A stretch of 64,000 nucleotides of DNA from a virus (lineage: Duplodnaviria > Caudoviricetes). Every line of letters begins with the position of its first letter. Positions within the stretch are counted from its first letter, which is position 1. The stretch is from the IMG/VR virus record IMGVR_UViG_3300047551_002158; one strand, written 5' to 3'. The notes beneath the pieces were generated by a model. It saw only the letters and a program-made list of their open reading frames with translations. It had not been told where the DNA came from and searched no databases. Positions 1 through 10,392 of this stretch are shown in pieces. The position numbers and the translations under genes are program-made.

Positions 1-1
1 A

Positions 2-3000
2 TCCGAAGCAAAACTTGTTCCGATAATTAATGATGGCAAAATAGTTCAGGTTTTAATTAATAATCCAGGGAAAGATTATAATTCAATACCCGATTTAAAT
101 ATTTTTACAAATGGCAACGGTAGCGGAGCGGTACTTGAGCCAATATTAGAAAATGGACAAATTAAATCAGTAAAAGTTATTGAAAATGGTTATGGATATG
201 ATAGAAATAATACATTTATAAATGTTAGTTCTGCAGGAAGTGGGGCAGAATTTGATATAAAGTTAAAAACATGGACAGTAAATCTTTTTACAAAATATTT
301 TTCTAAGATTTCTGGTGATGATGGATTTATATTTGATAACAAAAAATCAAATTATGGATTAGAATATGCACACTTATATGCACCTAGAAGACTAAGACAA
401 TCGGTATATTCTAAAAATTCTGAGGGAAAAACCATTTACGGAGTAAAAGATTTAAAAATTAATAATGTTGAAATATCTTCTTCAGAACATTCTCCAATAA
501 TTGGATGGGCTTATGATGGAAATCCAATTTATGGTCCATATGGATACTTGAATAAGGATACTGGAACAATATCTCAAATGAAGTCTGGATATGTTCTCAT
601 CGGTCTTAGTGATGACAGACCACCATTTCCCTCAGGATTTTTCGTTGAAGATTATGAATATCGTAATAGTAAAGATAATGATGTTTTGGATCAACATAAT
701 GGAAGATTCTGTATAACTCCAGAATTTCCAAACGGAACTTATGCGTATTTTGTTACGTTAGAAAAAAATGCTATTCGTAACGACTCTTCTAATCCATTTA
801 ATGGATATAAAGTACCAGCATTCCCGTATGTTATTGGCAACAGATTTAAATCAAAACCAAATGAATTTAACTTTAGTAAATTTTCAAACCAAGATGATAT
901 CAATCTAAATGAAACAAATTGGATAAGAATTACTACACAATATAATTTAGATAAAGAAGAAAATCTGTATAATTATCTAACAAAACCAAGTAAGTTGGAT
1001 CAATTAGTTACTATCAAATATGCTTCTCCTGGATCAGTAGAAAAAATTGATATTGTAAGCGGTGGAGAAGACTATAAAGTAAATGATTTAATTACTTTCG
1101 ATGAAACGGCAACAGGTGGATTCGGAATTTATGCAAAAGTTTCTGAATTAGAAGGAAAAACTATTGATAGTATTAGTGGAGTAACTTCTTCTATTTACAA
1201 TCTTGATCTGTATTCTTCTGAAGGAAATAGTAATATTTTTGTAATTCAATCAGAATCTCCTCATCGTTTTTTAAACGGAGATATTGTAACAATCAATTCC
1301 TCCGGTCTTGGTACTATTTTCTCCCCTATACAAACATCTTCTACAATTGGCGTATCTACAAATACTCTTGCAATTTCAGATAATCTTGGAATATCATCCG
1401 TATCAACTACAGGAATTGTAACTTATTTTTCTGTTTTTGGAAATCTTCTAACTTCAGGAATTCGTGAAAATGATGTTTTTTCAATTAAAAATGAAAAAGT
1501 AAAAATATTAAATGTAGATCCAAATTCTTCTAGAATTAGAGTTTTAAGATGTATTGATGGGACTATCGGATCTGCACATAGTTTTAGTGAAGTTTTATAT
1601 GAAATTCCCAGAAGATTTACAGTAAATGAAAGATATTCTCCCCTTCCAAATAATAAATTAAACAAAGAAATATATTTTGATCCGAAAGAATCTTTAGGAA
1701 TAGGAACATTATCTGGAGCTGGAATCGGGGTTACTATTTTCTTCTCAAATCCAGGTCTAGGCATCACTAGTGTTTTTGTTCCAACTAAAGCAATATACAT
1801 TCCAAATCATAATTTGGATACTGGTGATGAATTAACATATTTTACAAATTCGGGAACAGGAATATCAATATCTATAAATGGAACAACATCTTTAACTTTA
1901 TCTGATCAATCCAAAGTTTATGTTGGAAAAATTTCAAATGATTTGATAGGAATATCCACAGTTAAAGTTGGTTTTGGTTCTACTGGAACATTTGTTGGAA
2001 TTGGTAGTACAAACATTTCTTCTAGTACCTTATACTTTACTGGTATAGGAACTGGAACTTATCATAGTTTTAAAACTAATTATGAAAAAGTTACCGGACA
2101 AGCATCAAAAAATATAGTCACAGTCTCTACTGCACAAACACATGGATTGAAGAATAATGACTATGTTTCTGTTGAAGTGAAATCTGGAATTTCAACAATA
2201 TTTGTTATTAAGTATAATGACAACAATAGAAGATTAGTAGTAAATCCAAGATCTTTTTCTTCAGTTGGCGTTAATACAATTACAAATTCAATAACAATTC
2301 CAAATCATAAATTTAGAAACGGACAAAAGTTAATCTACACTTCAACTTCTCCATCTGGTGGATTAGTTAATAATAAAATATATTATGCTGTGATTTTTGA
2401 CGAAGATACAATTAAACTTTCATCTTCATTCTATGATTCCGTTTCAACAATACCTGAGATTATTTCTATAACATCTTCATCTAGTGGTACTTTATCGCCA
2501 GTAAATCCTCCGATTAAAATTTATAAAAATTCTTCAGTAACATTTGATCTTTCAGACTCTTCACTCTCATACACAGTTAATTCTGTCAAATACTCGGCGT
2601 TTAATTTTAATTTATATCTCGATTCAAAGATGTCGAAAGTTTTTGAAACGACATCTTCAAACACTACTTTTGAAGTGCAAAAATCAGGCAGCATTGGAAT
2701 AAATTCTACAGCAAAAGTTACATTAAAAATAAATGACAATATACCAGAAGGTTTGTTTTATAATTTAGACGTACTATATTCCGAATTAATTCCCAGCGAA
2801 AAGGAAGAAATAAAAGTAGATGATTCGGTTTTTTCAAATAATCAAATTCAAATAGTTGATAGTGAATATAATGGAAAGCATAGAATTGTTTCCACCTCTT
2901 CAACATCCTTTACTTATAATATACAAAATATTCCAGAAGCTAATCTTTATGATTCTACAAATTCAACTTTAAGTTATAAAACAGAATCTTTAAACAGTTT

Positions 3001-5497
3001 TGGGACTATTTCCAATATTAATCTTTTGTCAAAAGGACAAAATTATTATACGCTTCCAAATATTTCAAAAATTATTTCAGATAATGGAAAGAATGCAATT
3101 TTAGAAGCTTCAAGTACATCAATAGGAAAAATACAAAAAACAACTATTAATAATATTGGATATGATTTCCCATCTGATTTTACATTAAAACCAAATTTAT
3201 CTTTACCGCAAATTTTAAAAATAGAGCCATTAAATTCTTTTGATTCAATTGGAATTACATCTGTTGGTAGAGGATATGTAACTGTTCCAAAATTAGTTGT
3301 TATTGATACAAAAACAAAAGAAATTTTATCGGAAGTTGATTTAACTTATTCTTTTGGAGATACAAAAGTAACAATTTTAAATAATACTTACAGACTTAAT
3401 GATGTTGAACCTATTATTATACCAACTCAAAATTCAAATGGTGTTGGAATCAGTTCTATTAGTTATAATTCAACAACTAATGATGTAACTGTCACTTTAT
3501 CTGTCGGATTTAGTACTGCAAACACTTTCCCATTTTCTATTGGAGATAAAGTTCTTATAGAAAATATAAGTGTTGGAATTGATTCAACTGGAAAAGGATT
3601 TGATTCCAAAAATTACAATTATGAACTTTTTACGATTACTTCTGTCGATGAAAATCTTGGTGGAGAGGGAGGATCAGTAATTTATAACTTATACGAATTT
3701 TTGGGTGATGGAGAAGTTCCTGGATCTTTTGATGCTGAAAATTCTTCTGGAAGAATAATCCCAGAGAAATATTTTCCAAAATTTAAATCAACATTAAAAC
3801 CAAATAATTTTTCAAAAAATGAAGAAGTTAGATATTCCGGAGAAGCAAGATCTATTGGATTTGTCCAAAATTGGAATGAAAAAATTAAGCAATTGACAAT
3901 TTCTTCTAAAGAGTATTTGGAAGAGGGAAAAATTCTTGAGGGGGTTTCATCAAGAACTCAAGGATCTATTTCATCTTCAATTTCTCCAAATGCTTTTATT
4001 AATCTTGGATCTTATTCAAAATCAGAAAATGGATGGATTGATGAAACTGGTATTTTAAATAACAACTTACAAAGAATACAAGATAATTTTTATTATCAAA
4101 ATTTCTCATACTCATTAAGATCTAGAGTTTCTTATGATACTTGGGATGATGTTGTTGGAAGTCTCAACCATACATCAGGATTCAAAAAATTTAGTGATTA
4201 TCAGTTAGAATCTATTGGAAATTGTGGCATTCAAACATATACCGATTCCAATGCGGAAGTGAATGTTGATATTAATGGTTTTGCTAGTTTAAATTGTGTT
4301 TATGATTTTGATTTAGCAAGAGAGAATGCTTTATTTACAAATTCACAAGTTATATCTGATGAAATAACATTTTCTAGCAGAATCCTAACAGATTATCTGG
4401 AATCAGTCAGTAATAGGGTTCTTTCTATAGATGATATTAGCAATTTGTTCAATAGTAATGAGAGATTGACAAGATATTTCATTGCCCATAGATTTAAACT
4501 TACTGATGCTAGAGCACAAAAATACATTACCTTAACTGAAGATAGAAGATATTCTTCACAAAGGCAATTGATGATTTTAACTTTACTTCATGACAATTCT
4601 GAAGGATATATTAATCAATATGGAAGGGTAGAAACTACATATGATTTAGGATCTTTTGATTTTACTATAGATGGAACTGATGGTTTAATATTATTCTATC
4701 CCACAAAATATAGAGTAAATGATTATAATGTTACAGTTCTTTCTTATAATATAAAAGATAACTTTGCGGGAATTGGAAGTACTAATATTGGTGGTATTGT
4801 TGATATAAAAACAAATACTATTCCTGCTTTAACTTCTCCAACAACTATTGTTGGAATTGGATCTACATATACTTCATCAAAAATATTGGTGTCAGTTGGT
4901 ACTACAAATAATGATTATCAATTTGATGAATTAAATGTTGTTCATGACGGAACAAATGTGGAATTTATATCTTATGGGCAGTTGACAAATACTTTATATT
5001 CAAGTTCTGGTCTTGGAACATATAATGCTTACATATCAGGATCAAATTTAAATGTAGATTTTATTCCCAATGTCGGAGTTGCAGCATCAGTAAGCACTAT
5101 TCAAGTGTCTATTGCAAATACGTCTTCTTCGGGTATTGGAACTCTCACAATGAACTATATGAAGTTTGAAGCGAACTCAGTTTCAATAGCATCTTCAACA
5201 AATCCAATACAAAATGTTATAGCGGAATATTCTAATGATTATGAAGGTGGATACTTTATAGTTCAAGTATCTGATGTCACTAACAATAGACATCAACTTT
5301 CCGAAGTTGCTCTCGTAAATGATAATAATTATGCATATCTTACAGAGTATGCAAATATAGAAACTTATTCTGGTCTCGGAACTATGGGAGCAGAAAAAAC
5401 ATTAAATAAAACACAGCTAACATTTACGCCACTTGCAAACATTGATGTTGTTGTTAAAGTTTGTTTTAACTCTCTTAGTAATATTATAGTCAGTTAG
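2..5497 (+). CDS. Very large virion/baseplate structural protein with YHYH-type domain (5'-truncated by window edge)
   Basis: The reading frame is open from position 2 (SEAKLVPIINDGKIVQV...), so the ORF-track start at 548 is internal. YHYH-like motifs HSPIIGWAYDGNPIYGPYGY and LDQHNGRFCITPEFPNGTYAYFVT; Ser/Thr/Gly-rich beta-repeats; lies upstream of gp8 as in cyanomyovirus baseplate modules. Confidence 0.75.
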   Translation, partial: SEAKLVPIINDGKIVQVLINNPGKDYNSIPDLNIFTNGNGSGAVLEPILENGQIKSVKVIENGYGYDRNNTFINVSSAGSGAEFDIKLKTWTVNLFTKYFSKISGDDGFIFDNKKSNYGLEYAHLYAPRRLRQSVYSKNSEGKTIYGVKDLKINNVEISSSEHSPIIGWAYDGNPIYGPYGYLNKDTGTISQMKSGYVLIGLSDDRPPFPSGFFVEDYEYRNSKDNDVLDQHNGRFCITPEFPNGTYAYFVTLEKNAIRNDSSNPFNGYKVPAFPYVIGNRFKSKPNEFNFSKFSNQDDINLNETNWIRITTQYNLDKEENLYNYLTKPSKLDQLVTIKYASPGSVEKIDIVSGGEDYKVNDLITFDETATGGFGIYAKVSELEGKTIDSISGVTSSIYNLDLYSSEGNSNIFVIQSESPHRFLNGDIVTINSSGLGTIFSPIQTSSTIGVSTNTLAISDNLGISSVSTTGIVTYFSVFGNLLTSGIRENDVFSIKNEKVKILNVDPNSSRIRVLRCIDGTIGSAHSFSEVLYEIPRRFTVNERYSPLPNNKLNKEIYFDPKESLGIGTLSGAGIGVTIFFSNPGLGITSVFVPTKAIYIPNHNLDTGDELTYFTNSGTGISISINGTTSLTLSDQSKVYVGKISNDLIGISTVKVGFGSTGTFVGIGSTNISSSTLYFTGIGTGTYHSFKTNYEKVTGQASKNIVTVSTAQTHGLKNNDYVSVEVKSGISTIFVIKYNDNNRRLVVNPRSFSSVGVNTITNSITIPNHKFRNGQKLIYTSTSPSGGLVNNKIYYAVIFDEDTIKLSSSFYDSVSTIPEIISITSSSSGTLSPVNPPIKIYKNSSVTFDLSDSSLSYTVNSVKYSAFNFNLYLDSKMSKVFETTSSNTTFEVQKSGSIGINSTAKVTLKINDNIPEGLFYNLDVLYSELIPSEKEEIKVDDSVFSNNQIQIVDSEYNGKHRIVSTSSTSFTYNIQNIPEANLYDSTNSTLSYKTESLNSFGTISNINLLSKGQNYYTLPNISKIISDNGKNAILEASSTSIGKIQKTTINNIGYDFPSDFTLKPNLSLPQILKIEPLNSFDSIGITSVGRGYVTVPKLVVIDTKTKEILSEVDLTYSFGDTKVTILNNTYRLNDVEPIIIPTQNSNGVGISSISYNSTTNDVTVTLSVGFSTANTFPFSIGDKVLIENISVGIDSTGKGFDSKNYNYELFTITSVDENLGGEGGSVIYNLYEFLGDGEVPGSFDAENSSGRIIPEKYFPKFKSTLKPNNFSKNEEVRYSGEARSIGFVQNWNEKIKQLTISSKEYLEEGKILEGVSSRTQGSISSSISPNAFINLGSYSKSENGWIDETGILNNNLQRIQDNFYYQNFSYSLRSRVSYDTWDDVVGSLNHTSGFKKFSDYQLESIGNCGIQTYTDSNAEVNVDINGFASLNCVYDFDLARENALFTNSQVISDEITFSSRILTDYLESVSNRVLSIDDISNLFNSNERLTRYFIAHRFKLTDARAQKYITLTEDRRYSSQRQLMILTLLHDNSEGYINQYGRVETTYDLGSFDFTIDGTDGLILFYPTKYRVNDYNVTVLSYNIKDNFAGIGSTNIGGIVDIKTNTIPALTSPTTIVGIGSTYTSSKILVSVGTTNNDYQFDELNVVHDGTNVEFISYGQLTNTLYSSSGLGTYNAYISGSNLNVDFIPNVGVAASVSTIQVSIANTSSSGIGTLTMNYMKFEANSVSIASSTNPIQNVIAEYSNDYEGGYFIVQVSDVTNNRHQLSEVALVNDNNYAYLTEYANIETYSGLGTMGAEKTLNKTQLTFTPLANIDVVVKVCFNSLSNIIVS

Positions 5498-5530
5498 TAA
5501 ATTTATGAAAATACACCAAGGAGAAAACTA

Positions 5531-8500
5531 ATGGGAATAGAAGATTTTCTTTCAACAGATTATGGGATTTACTATGGTACAGAGAGGGATATAAAGCGAT
5601 CATTTGAACTTAAGCATAAAGGTTATCCAATCTTTAAAAAATATTTTAATGCAAATGATTCTTCTGTAGTAAGCATTGCATCAAGTACAATTAAAATCGA
5701 AAACCACTTTTTTACAAATGGGGAAAAGGTTATCTACTCCTCTGGAGTGTCTACAAATTTTCCAATAGGAATAGGTTCCACTTATTTTGGTGTTGGAATT
5801 GGAACGACAGATAAACTTCCATCAGTAGTTTATGTGATTAAAGTAGATGAAAACACTATTAAACTTGCAAGAAGTGCAGAAGATGCGTTAAGAATTGTTC
5901 CTAAAGCGTTAAATTTAACTTCTGTAGGAATTGGTTCTAGTCATTCATTTACTTCAATTAATAACAATTCAAAAGTATTAGTAGCAATTGATAATGTAAT
6001 TCAATCTCCTGTTGTATCTACTTCAACAACCACTTATTTGTCTGCTGATTTTTCATTAACTGAAGATCTTTTATATTTTGATTCCTCTTTAAACTTTTTT
6101 ATAGGTGATATTATTAGCATAAATCAAGAGCTAATGAAGATCGAATCTGTTGGGGTTGGATCTACCAATTCTGTCAGAGTGATAAGACCTTGGCTTGGTA
6201 CAGATATTGCCAATCATTCAATTGGATCAACTATTACGAAATTAATAGGCAATTATAATATCATAGAAAATACTATTAACTTTGTTGATGCTCCTTATGG
6301 CAAAGTCCCATTGGGAACAACTACAAATCCACCAGATGAGAGAGACTGGCAAGATATATCAACAAATTCTTCTTTCCACGGAAGATCTTTTATGAGATCT
6401 GGAGTTCCAGACACTTCGAATGATTCTTATTACAGAAATTATATTTTTGATGATATTTCTCAACAATTTAATGGCACATCAAAAACTTTTTCTCTTACTT
6501 CAGATGGTTCGAACATTGTCGATATTTATCAAGAGAATGCTGTTATATTAGTAAACGATATTTTTCAAGGTCCTGGATTAAAAAATAATTATACATTATC
6601 AGAAGTTTCTGGAATAACATCAGTAACTTTTGTAGGATCTGCAACATCTATAGCATCTGATATTAATACTTCAGATTTTCCTTCGGGTGGTATAATTGTT
6701 TCAATTGGTTCTACTGAAGGTTTTGGTTATCAACCTTTAGTATCTGCTGGAGGAACTGCTGTAGTATCTACAGCAGGAACAATTTCAGCAATTAGTATTG
6801 GAAATAGTGGGTCTGGATATAGGTCAGCAATCCAGACACTAAGTGGCGTTAAGCAAATTGACGTAAGAGTTGGTGTAGCAACTTCCTCCACAGGATCTCC
6901 AAATATAGAATTCATTGGAACCGCATCAGTAAGCAATGGAAATATTGTAAGTATAGCAATTACAAATCCAGGAGTTGGATATACTTCAACTAATCCCCCA
7001 TATGTAATTATAGATGATCCCATTTCATACTCAGATGTTCCTCTATTTTATAGTTCACCTTCATCCGGAATTGGAACACAAGCAACAATTGACGTAGTTG
7101 TTGGGCAGGGTTCTAGTGTGATTGACTTTGAAATAAAAAATATTGGATATGGATATAAAGTAGGAGAATTGCTAACAATTCCTACTGGAGGAACGGTAGG
7201 AATTCCTACCATAGCAAACTCTACAATAAAGAAATTTGAAATCTCAGTAGAGAGAATATTTACAGATAAATTTACTGGATGGTCGATTGGAGAACTTCAA
7301 GTATTAGATAACATTCAAAACTTATTTAATGGAAGAAGAGTTACATTCCCACTACTCGATTCCGGAGAATTGATTTCCATATATGCAAGAAAAGGATCTA
7401 TAATTAATATACAAGATACTTTATTAGTTTTTATTAATGATATACTTCAAATACCAGGTGAAGGATTTATTTTCAATGGTGGAAGTAAAATTAGATTTAC
7501 TGAGGCACCTAAACCAGAAGATACTTGTAAGATTTTATTCTACAAAGGAAGTGGAGAGGGTGTCGATGTAATACGACAAGACATACTTGAAACTGTCAAG
7601 GTTGGTGATGATTTAACTTTAACATACGATCCTTCAGTGGGACAATCTTCTAACTTATTAGAAGATCCAAGATTTGTTACTGAAATTTTATCGATAGATA
7701 CTGTTGAAACTAATCCTTATTTTGGTCCAGGAAATACTTCAGATGAAACTTTAGAAAGACCAATAACTTGGTGCAAACAAACTGAGGACTTAATTATAAA
7801 TGAATTAGAAGTTACTAAAAATAGATCTTTATATGAACCACAAATATATCCATCAACTTATTTGATTCAATCAGTTGGAGTAGGATCTTCTGTTATTTCT
7901 GTTGAAAATGTAAGACCTTTCTTTAATCCGCTGAATGAAAACGATCAATCTTTAACTTTCCAAAATCAAGTCAATTTCATATCTCAAGATGCAAACGTTG
8001 CTGCTAGTGCCACTGCAGTTGTGTCTGTAGCAGGAACTATTTCGTCAATTGTTATTACTGATGGTGGATCTGGATATGTAAGTGCTCCATCTGTTTCTAT
8101 ACAAAATCCAATAGGAATTGGAACTACAACAACTATTGCAATATCTTCCATATCTTCTGGATCTGTGACATCAATTTCAATAACTGGAGTTACCACTGGA
8201 TATGATGCTTCAAATCCACCATTGGTCTTAATCGAACCACCAAAAGTTAGTATTGAAAAAGATAAGTTGTTATCATATTCCGGAGATTTTGGTTTTATTA
8301 GCGGAATTTCAACAACTTCAGTTGGAATCGCGTCAACCGGAATTGTTTTTGATCTCGTCATATCAAAAGACTCTTATCTAAGAGATTCTTTAGTAAGTAA
8401 CGTTACTACAGTAAGTGGAATACAAACAGGATATTATTTTGTAATTTCAAATTCTAATGTTGGGAATGGAGTAACATCATTAAATTCTTCGGGATCAATA

Positions 8501-8812
8501 GTGGGAATGACCACAAGTTATTTGGATTGCGTATATCAAGTAGCTTCGGTTTCTATTGCACAAACTTCGGTTATTGGATTTGGTGTAACTGATGTTGCTA
8601 GAGTTGTTGTAAGTGTTACCGATAACAGTGGTTTGACTGGAATTGGATATAGTAATTATTATGGAAATTATAGTTGGGGTAGAATAGTTCTTCGGGCAAG
8701 AACAAAAGATCAATCATATAATGCATATACTTTAAATGGATACTCCGGAATTTCCACTGGAACCATAGTGAACAGATCAGTTCCATTAAAATACCGCAAT
8801 TACATTCCATAA
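5531..8812 (+). CDS. Large virion structural protein (baseplate region)
   Basis: 1093-aa ORF with repeated I(S/T)xxGSGY.. and GIGT motifs, between the giant structural gene and gp8. Confidence 0.7.
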   Translation: MGIEDFLSTDYGIYYGTERDIKRSFELKHKGYPIFKKYFNANDSSVVSIASSTIKIENHFFTNGEKVIYSSGVSTNFPIGIGSTYFGVGIGTTDKLPSVVYVIKVDENTIKLARSAEDALRIVPKALNLTSVGIGSSHSFTSINNNSKVLVAIDNVIQSPVVSTSTTTYLSADFSLTEDLLYFDSSLNFFIGDIISINQELMKIESVGVGSTNSVRVIRPWLGTDIANHSIGSTITKLIGNYNIIENTINFVDAPYGKVPLGTTTNPPDERDWQDISTNSSFHGRSFMRSGVPDTSNDSYYRNYIFDDISQQFNGTSKTFSLTSDGSNIVDIYQENAVILVNDIFQGPGLKNNYTLSEVSGITSVTFVGSATSIASDINTSDFPSGGIIVSIGSTEGFGYQPLVSAGGTAVVSTAGTISAISIGNSGSGYRSAIQTLSGVKQIDVRVGVATSSTGSPNIEFIGTASVSNGNIVSIAITNPGVGYTSTNPPYVIIDDPISYSDVPLFYSSPSSGIGTQATIDVVVGQGSSVIDFEIKNIGYGYKVGELLTIPTGGTVGIPTIANSTIKKFEISVERIFTDKFTGWSIGELQVLDNIQNLFNGRRVTFPLLDSGELISIYARKGSIINIQDTLLVFINDILQIPGEGFIFNGGSKIRFTEAPKPEDTCKILFYKGSGEGVDVIRQDILETVKVGDDLTLTYDPSVGQSSNLLEDPRFVTEILSIDTVETNPYFGPGNTSDETLERPITWCKQTEDLIINELEVTKNRSLYEPQIYPSTYLIQSVGVGSSVISVENVRPFFNPLNENDQSLTFQNQVNFISQDANVAASATAVVSVAGTISSIVITDGGSGYVSAPSVSIQNPIGIGTTTTIAISSISSGSVTSISITGVTTGYDASNPPLVLIEPPKVSIEKDKLLSYSGDFGFISGISTTSVGIASTGIVFDLVISKDSYLRDSLVSNVTTVSGIQTGYYFVISNSNVGNGVTSLNSSGSIVGMTTSYLDCVYQVASVSIAQTSVIGFGVTDVARVVVSVTDNSGLTGIGYSNYYGNYSWGRIVLRARTKDQSYNAYTLNGYSGISTGTIVNRSVPLKYRNYIP

Positions 8813-8832
8813 ATAAATAAAAAACTGCACAA

Positions 8833-10386
8833 ATGTCTGCAATAATAACTGACCAAATTAGAATACTTAATGCTAAAAACTTTATCGCAGGAGTAACAAC
8901 CTCTACGAATACATATTATACATTTGTTGGACTTCCAAATCCAACAAGTATTCAAAGTGATTGGGATACGAGTCCTCCTGCACCTAAAGATAATTTTGAT
9001 GAAGAAAACAGTTATTGGGATACAATGATTGCATTGAAAAAAATCTCAATATCAGATATTCGTCAGGTTGTTCAAAAGAGAGTTTGGTCTTCTGGAACAA
9101 CATATGATTACTACAGACACGATTATAGTAGATCAAATACAGCTCCAGTATCTGGAGCTACAAGTTTGTACTCTTCATCATATTATGTTTTAAATAGTGA
9201 TTATAGAGTTTATATTTGTCTACAAAATGGAACTGACCCAGAAAATCCAAAAGGTAGACCATCTCTCGACGAACCAACATTTGTTGATTTAGAACCAAGA
9301 GCAGCGGGGACAAGTGGCGATGGGTATGTTTGGAAATATCTTTATACTATTAAACCAAGTGATATTGTAAAATTTGAATCTACTGATTTTATGCCTGTTC
9401 CATTAAATTGGGAAAATAGTGAGGATACGATAGCAGTAAGAAATAACGCAGTTGATGGTTCTATCAAAATAGTTACTATTAAAAATAGAGGAGTTGGAGT
9501 AGGAACTGCGAACAGAACTTACACCAATGTGCCAATTAAAGGGGATGGAACTGGTGCAGAATGTACCATTAATATCAACAATGATCAAGAAGTAGATTCT
9601 ATTATAGTATCAAATCAAGGATCTGGATATACTTATGGCAATGTAGATTTAGTTGCCGGAAATGTTCCAACGGGAACCACTAAACCATCTTTTGATGTAA
9701 TAATTACTCCCAAAGGTGGTCACGGAGCGGACATTTATCGGGAGTTGGGTGCATATAATGTTCTATTATATTCTAGAATAGAAAATGATGTCCAAAATCC
9801 AGATTTTATAACGGGAAATCAAATTTCTAGAATTGGAATTGTTGAAAATCCAAATGCATATGCATCATCCCAAAAACTTTCATTGGAAAAAGCAAGTGCA
9901 GTTTATGCAATAAAATTAACCGGTATTGGATATAGTTCAGCATCCTTTACTGCAGATTCTTTAATTAGTCAAACAGTGAGCACTGGAGTTACTGCCTTTG
10001 GTAAGGTTGTTAGTTATGACCAAACAACAGGTGTTTTAAAATATTGGCAAGATAGATCTCTTGCTGGATTTAATACAGTCGGAACAGCACAAACAGATCC
10101 TACTTTTGGGTATGATATGGTTAGATTTACGAATAACCCTTCTTCTGGGGGAAGTTTAGTTATTAACGGAAACACAGGATCTACTTTATCAATTAGTACT
10201 TCTTTTACTGGTATATCTACAGTAATAAATAGTAGAACCTACTACCTAGGACAATCTTTTGTCAATGGTTTGGCAAATCCAGAGGTTAAAAAGTATTCTG
10301 GTAACATAATATATGTTGACAATCGACCTTCCATCACCAGGTCAACAAATCAAAAAGAAGATATTAAAGTCATTTTGCAGTTTTAA
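8833..10386 (+). CDS. gp8: Baseplate wedge subunit gp8
   Basis: MSAIITDQIRILNAKNF start, YRVYICLQNG, DGYVWKYLYTI and C-terminal KKYSGNIIYVDNRPSITRSTNQKEDIKVILQF are typical of T4-like gp8. Confidence 0.9.
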   Translation: MSAIITDQIRILNAKNFIAGVTTSTNTYYTFVGLPNPTSIQSDWDTSPPAPKDNFDEENSYWDTMIALKKISISDIRQVVQKRVWSSGTTYDYYRHDYSRSNTAPVSGATSLYSSSYYVLNSDYRVYICLQNGTDPENPKGRPSLDEPTFVDLEPRAAGTSGDGYVWKYLYTIKPSDIVKFESTDFMPVPLNWENSEDTIAVRNNAVDGSIKIVTIKNRGVGVGTANRTYTNVPIKGDGTGAECTININNDQEVDSIIVSNQGSGYTYGNVDLVAGNVPTGTTKPSFDVIITPKGGHGADIYRELGAYNVLLYSRIENDVQNPDFITGNQISRIGIVENPNAYASSQKLSLEKASAVYAIKLTGIGYSSASFTADSLISQTVSTGVTAFGKVVSYDQTTGVLKYWQDRSLAGFNTVGTAQTDPTFGYDMVRFTNNPSSGGSLVINGNTGSTLSISTSFTGISTVINSRTYYLGQSFVNGLANPEVKKYSGNIIYVDNRPSITRSTNQKEDIKVILQF

Positions 10387-10392
10387 AGAATT

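Noticed and set aside
548-550. ORF-track start of the first protein, and several other extended starts (21582, 46855, 47993, 49999, 51697, 52837, 61168)
   Set aside because: The first frame is open from position 2. For the others, downstream ATGs fit RBS or promoter positions and family N-termini better.
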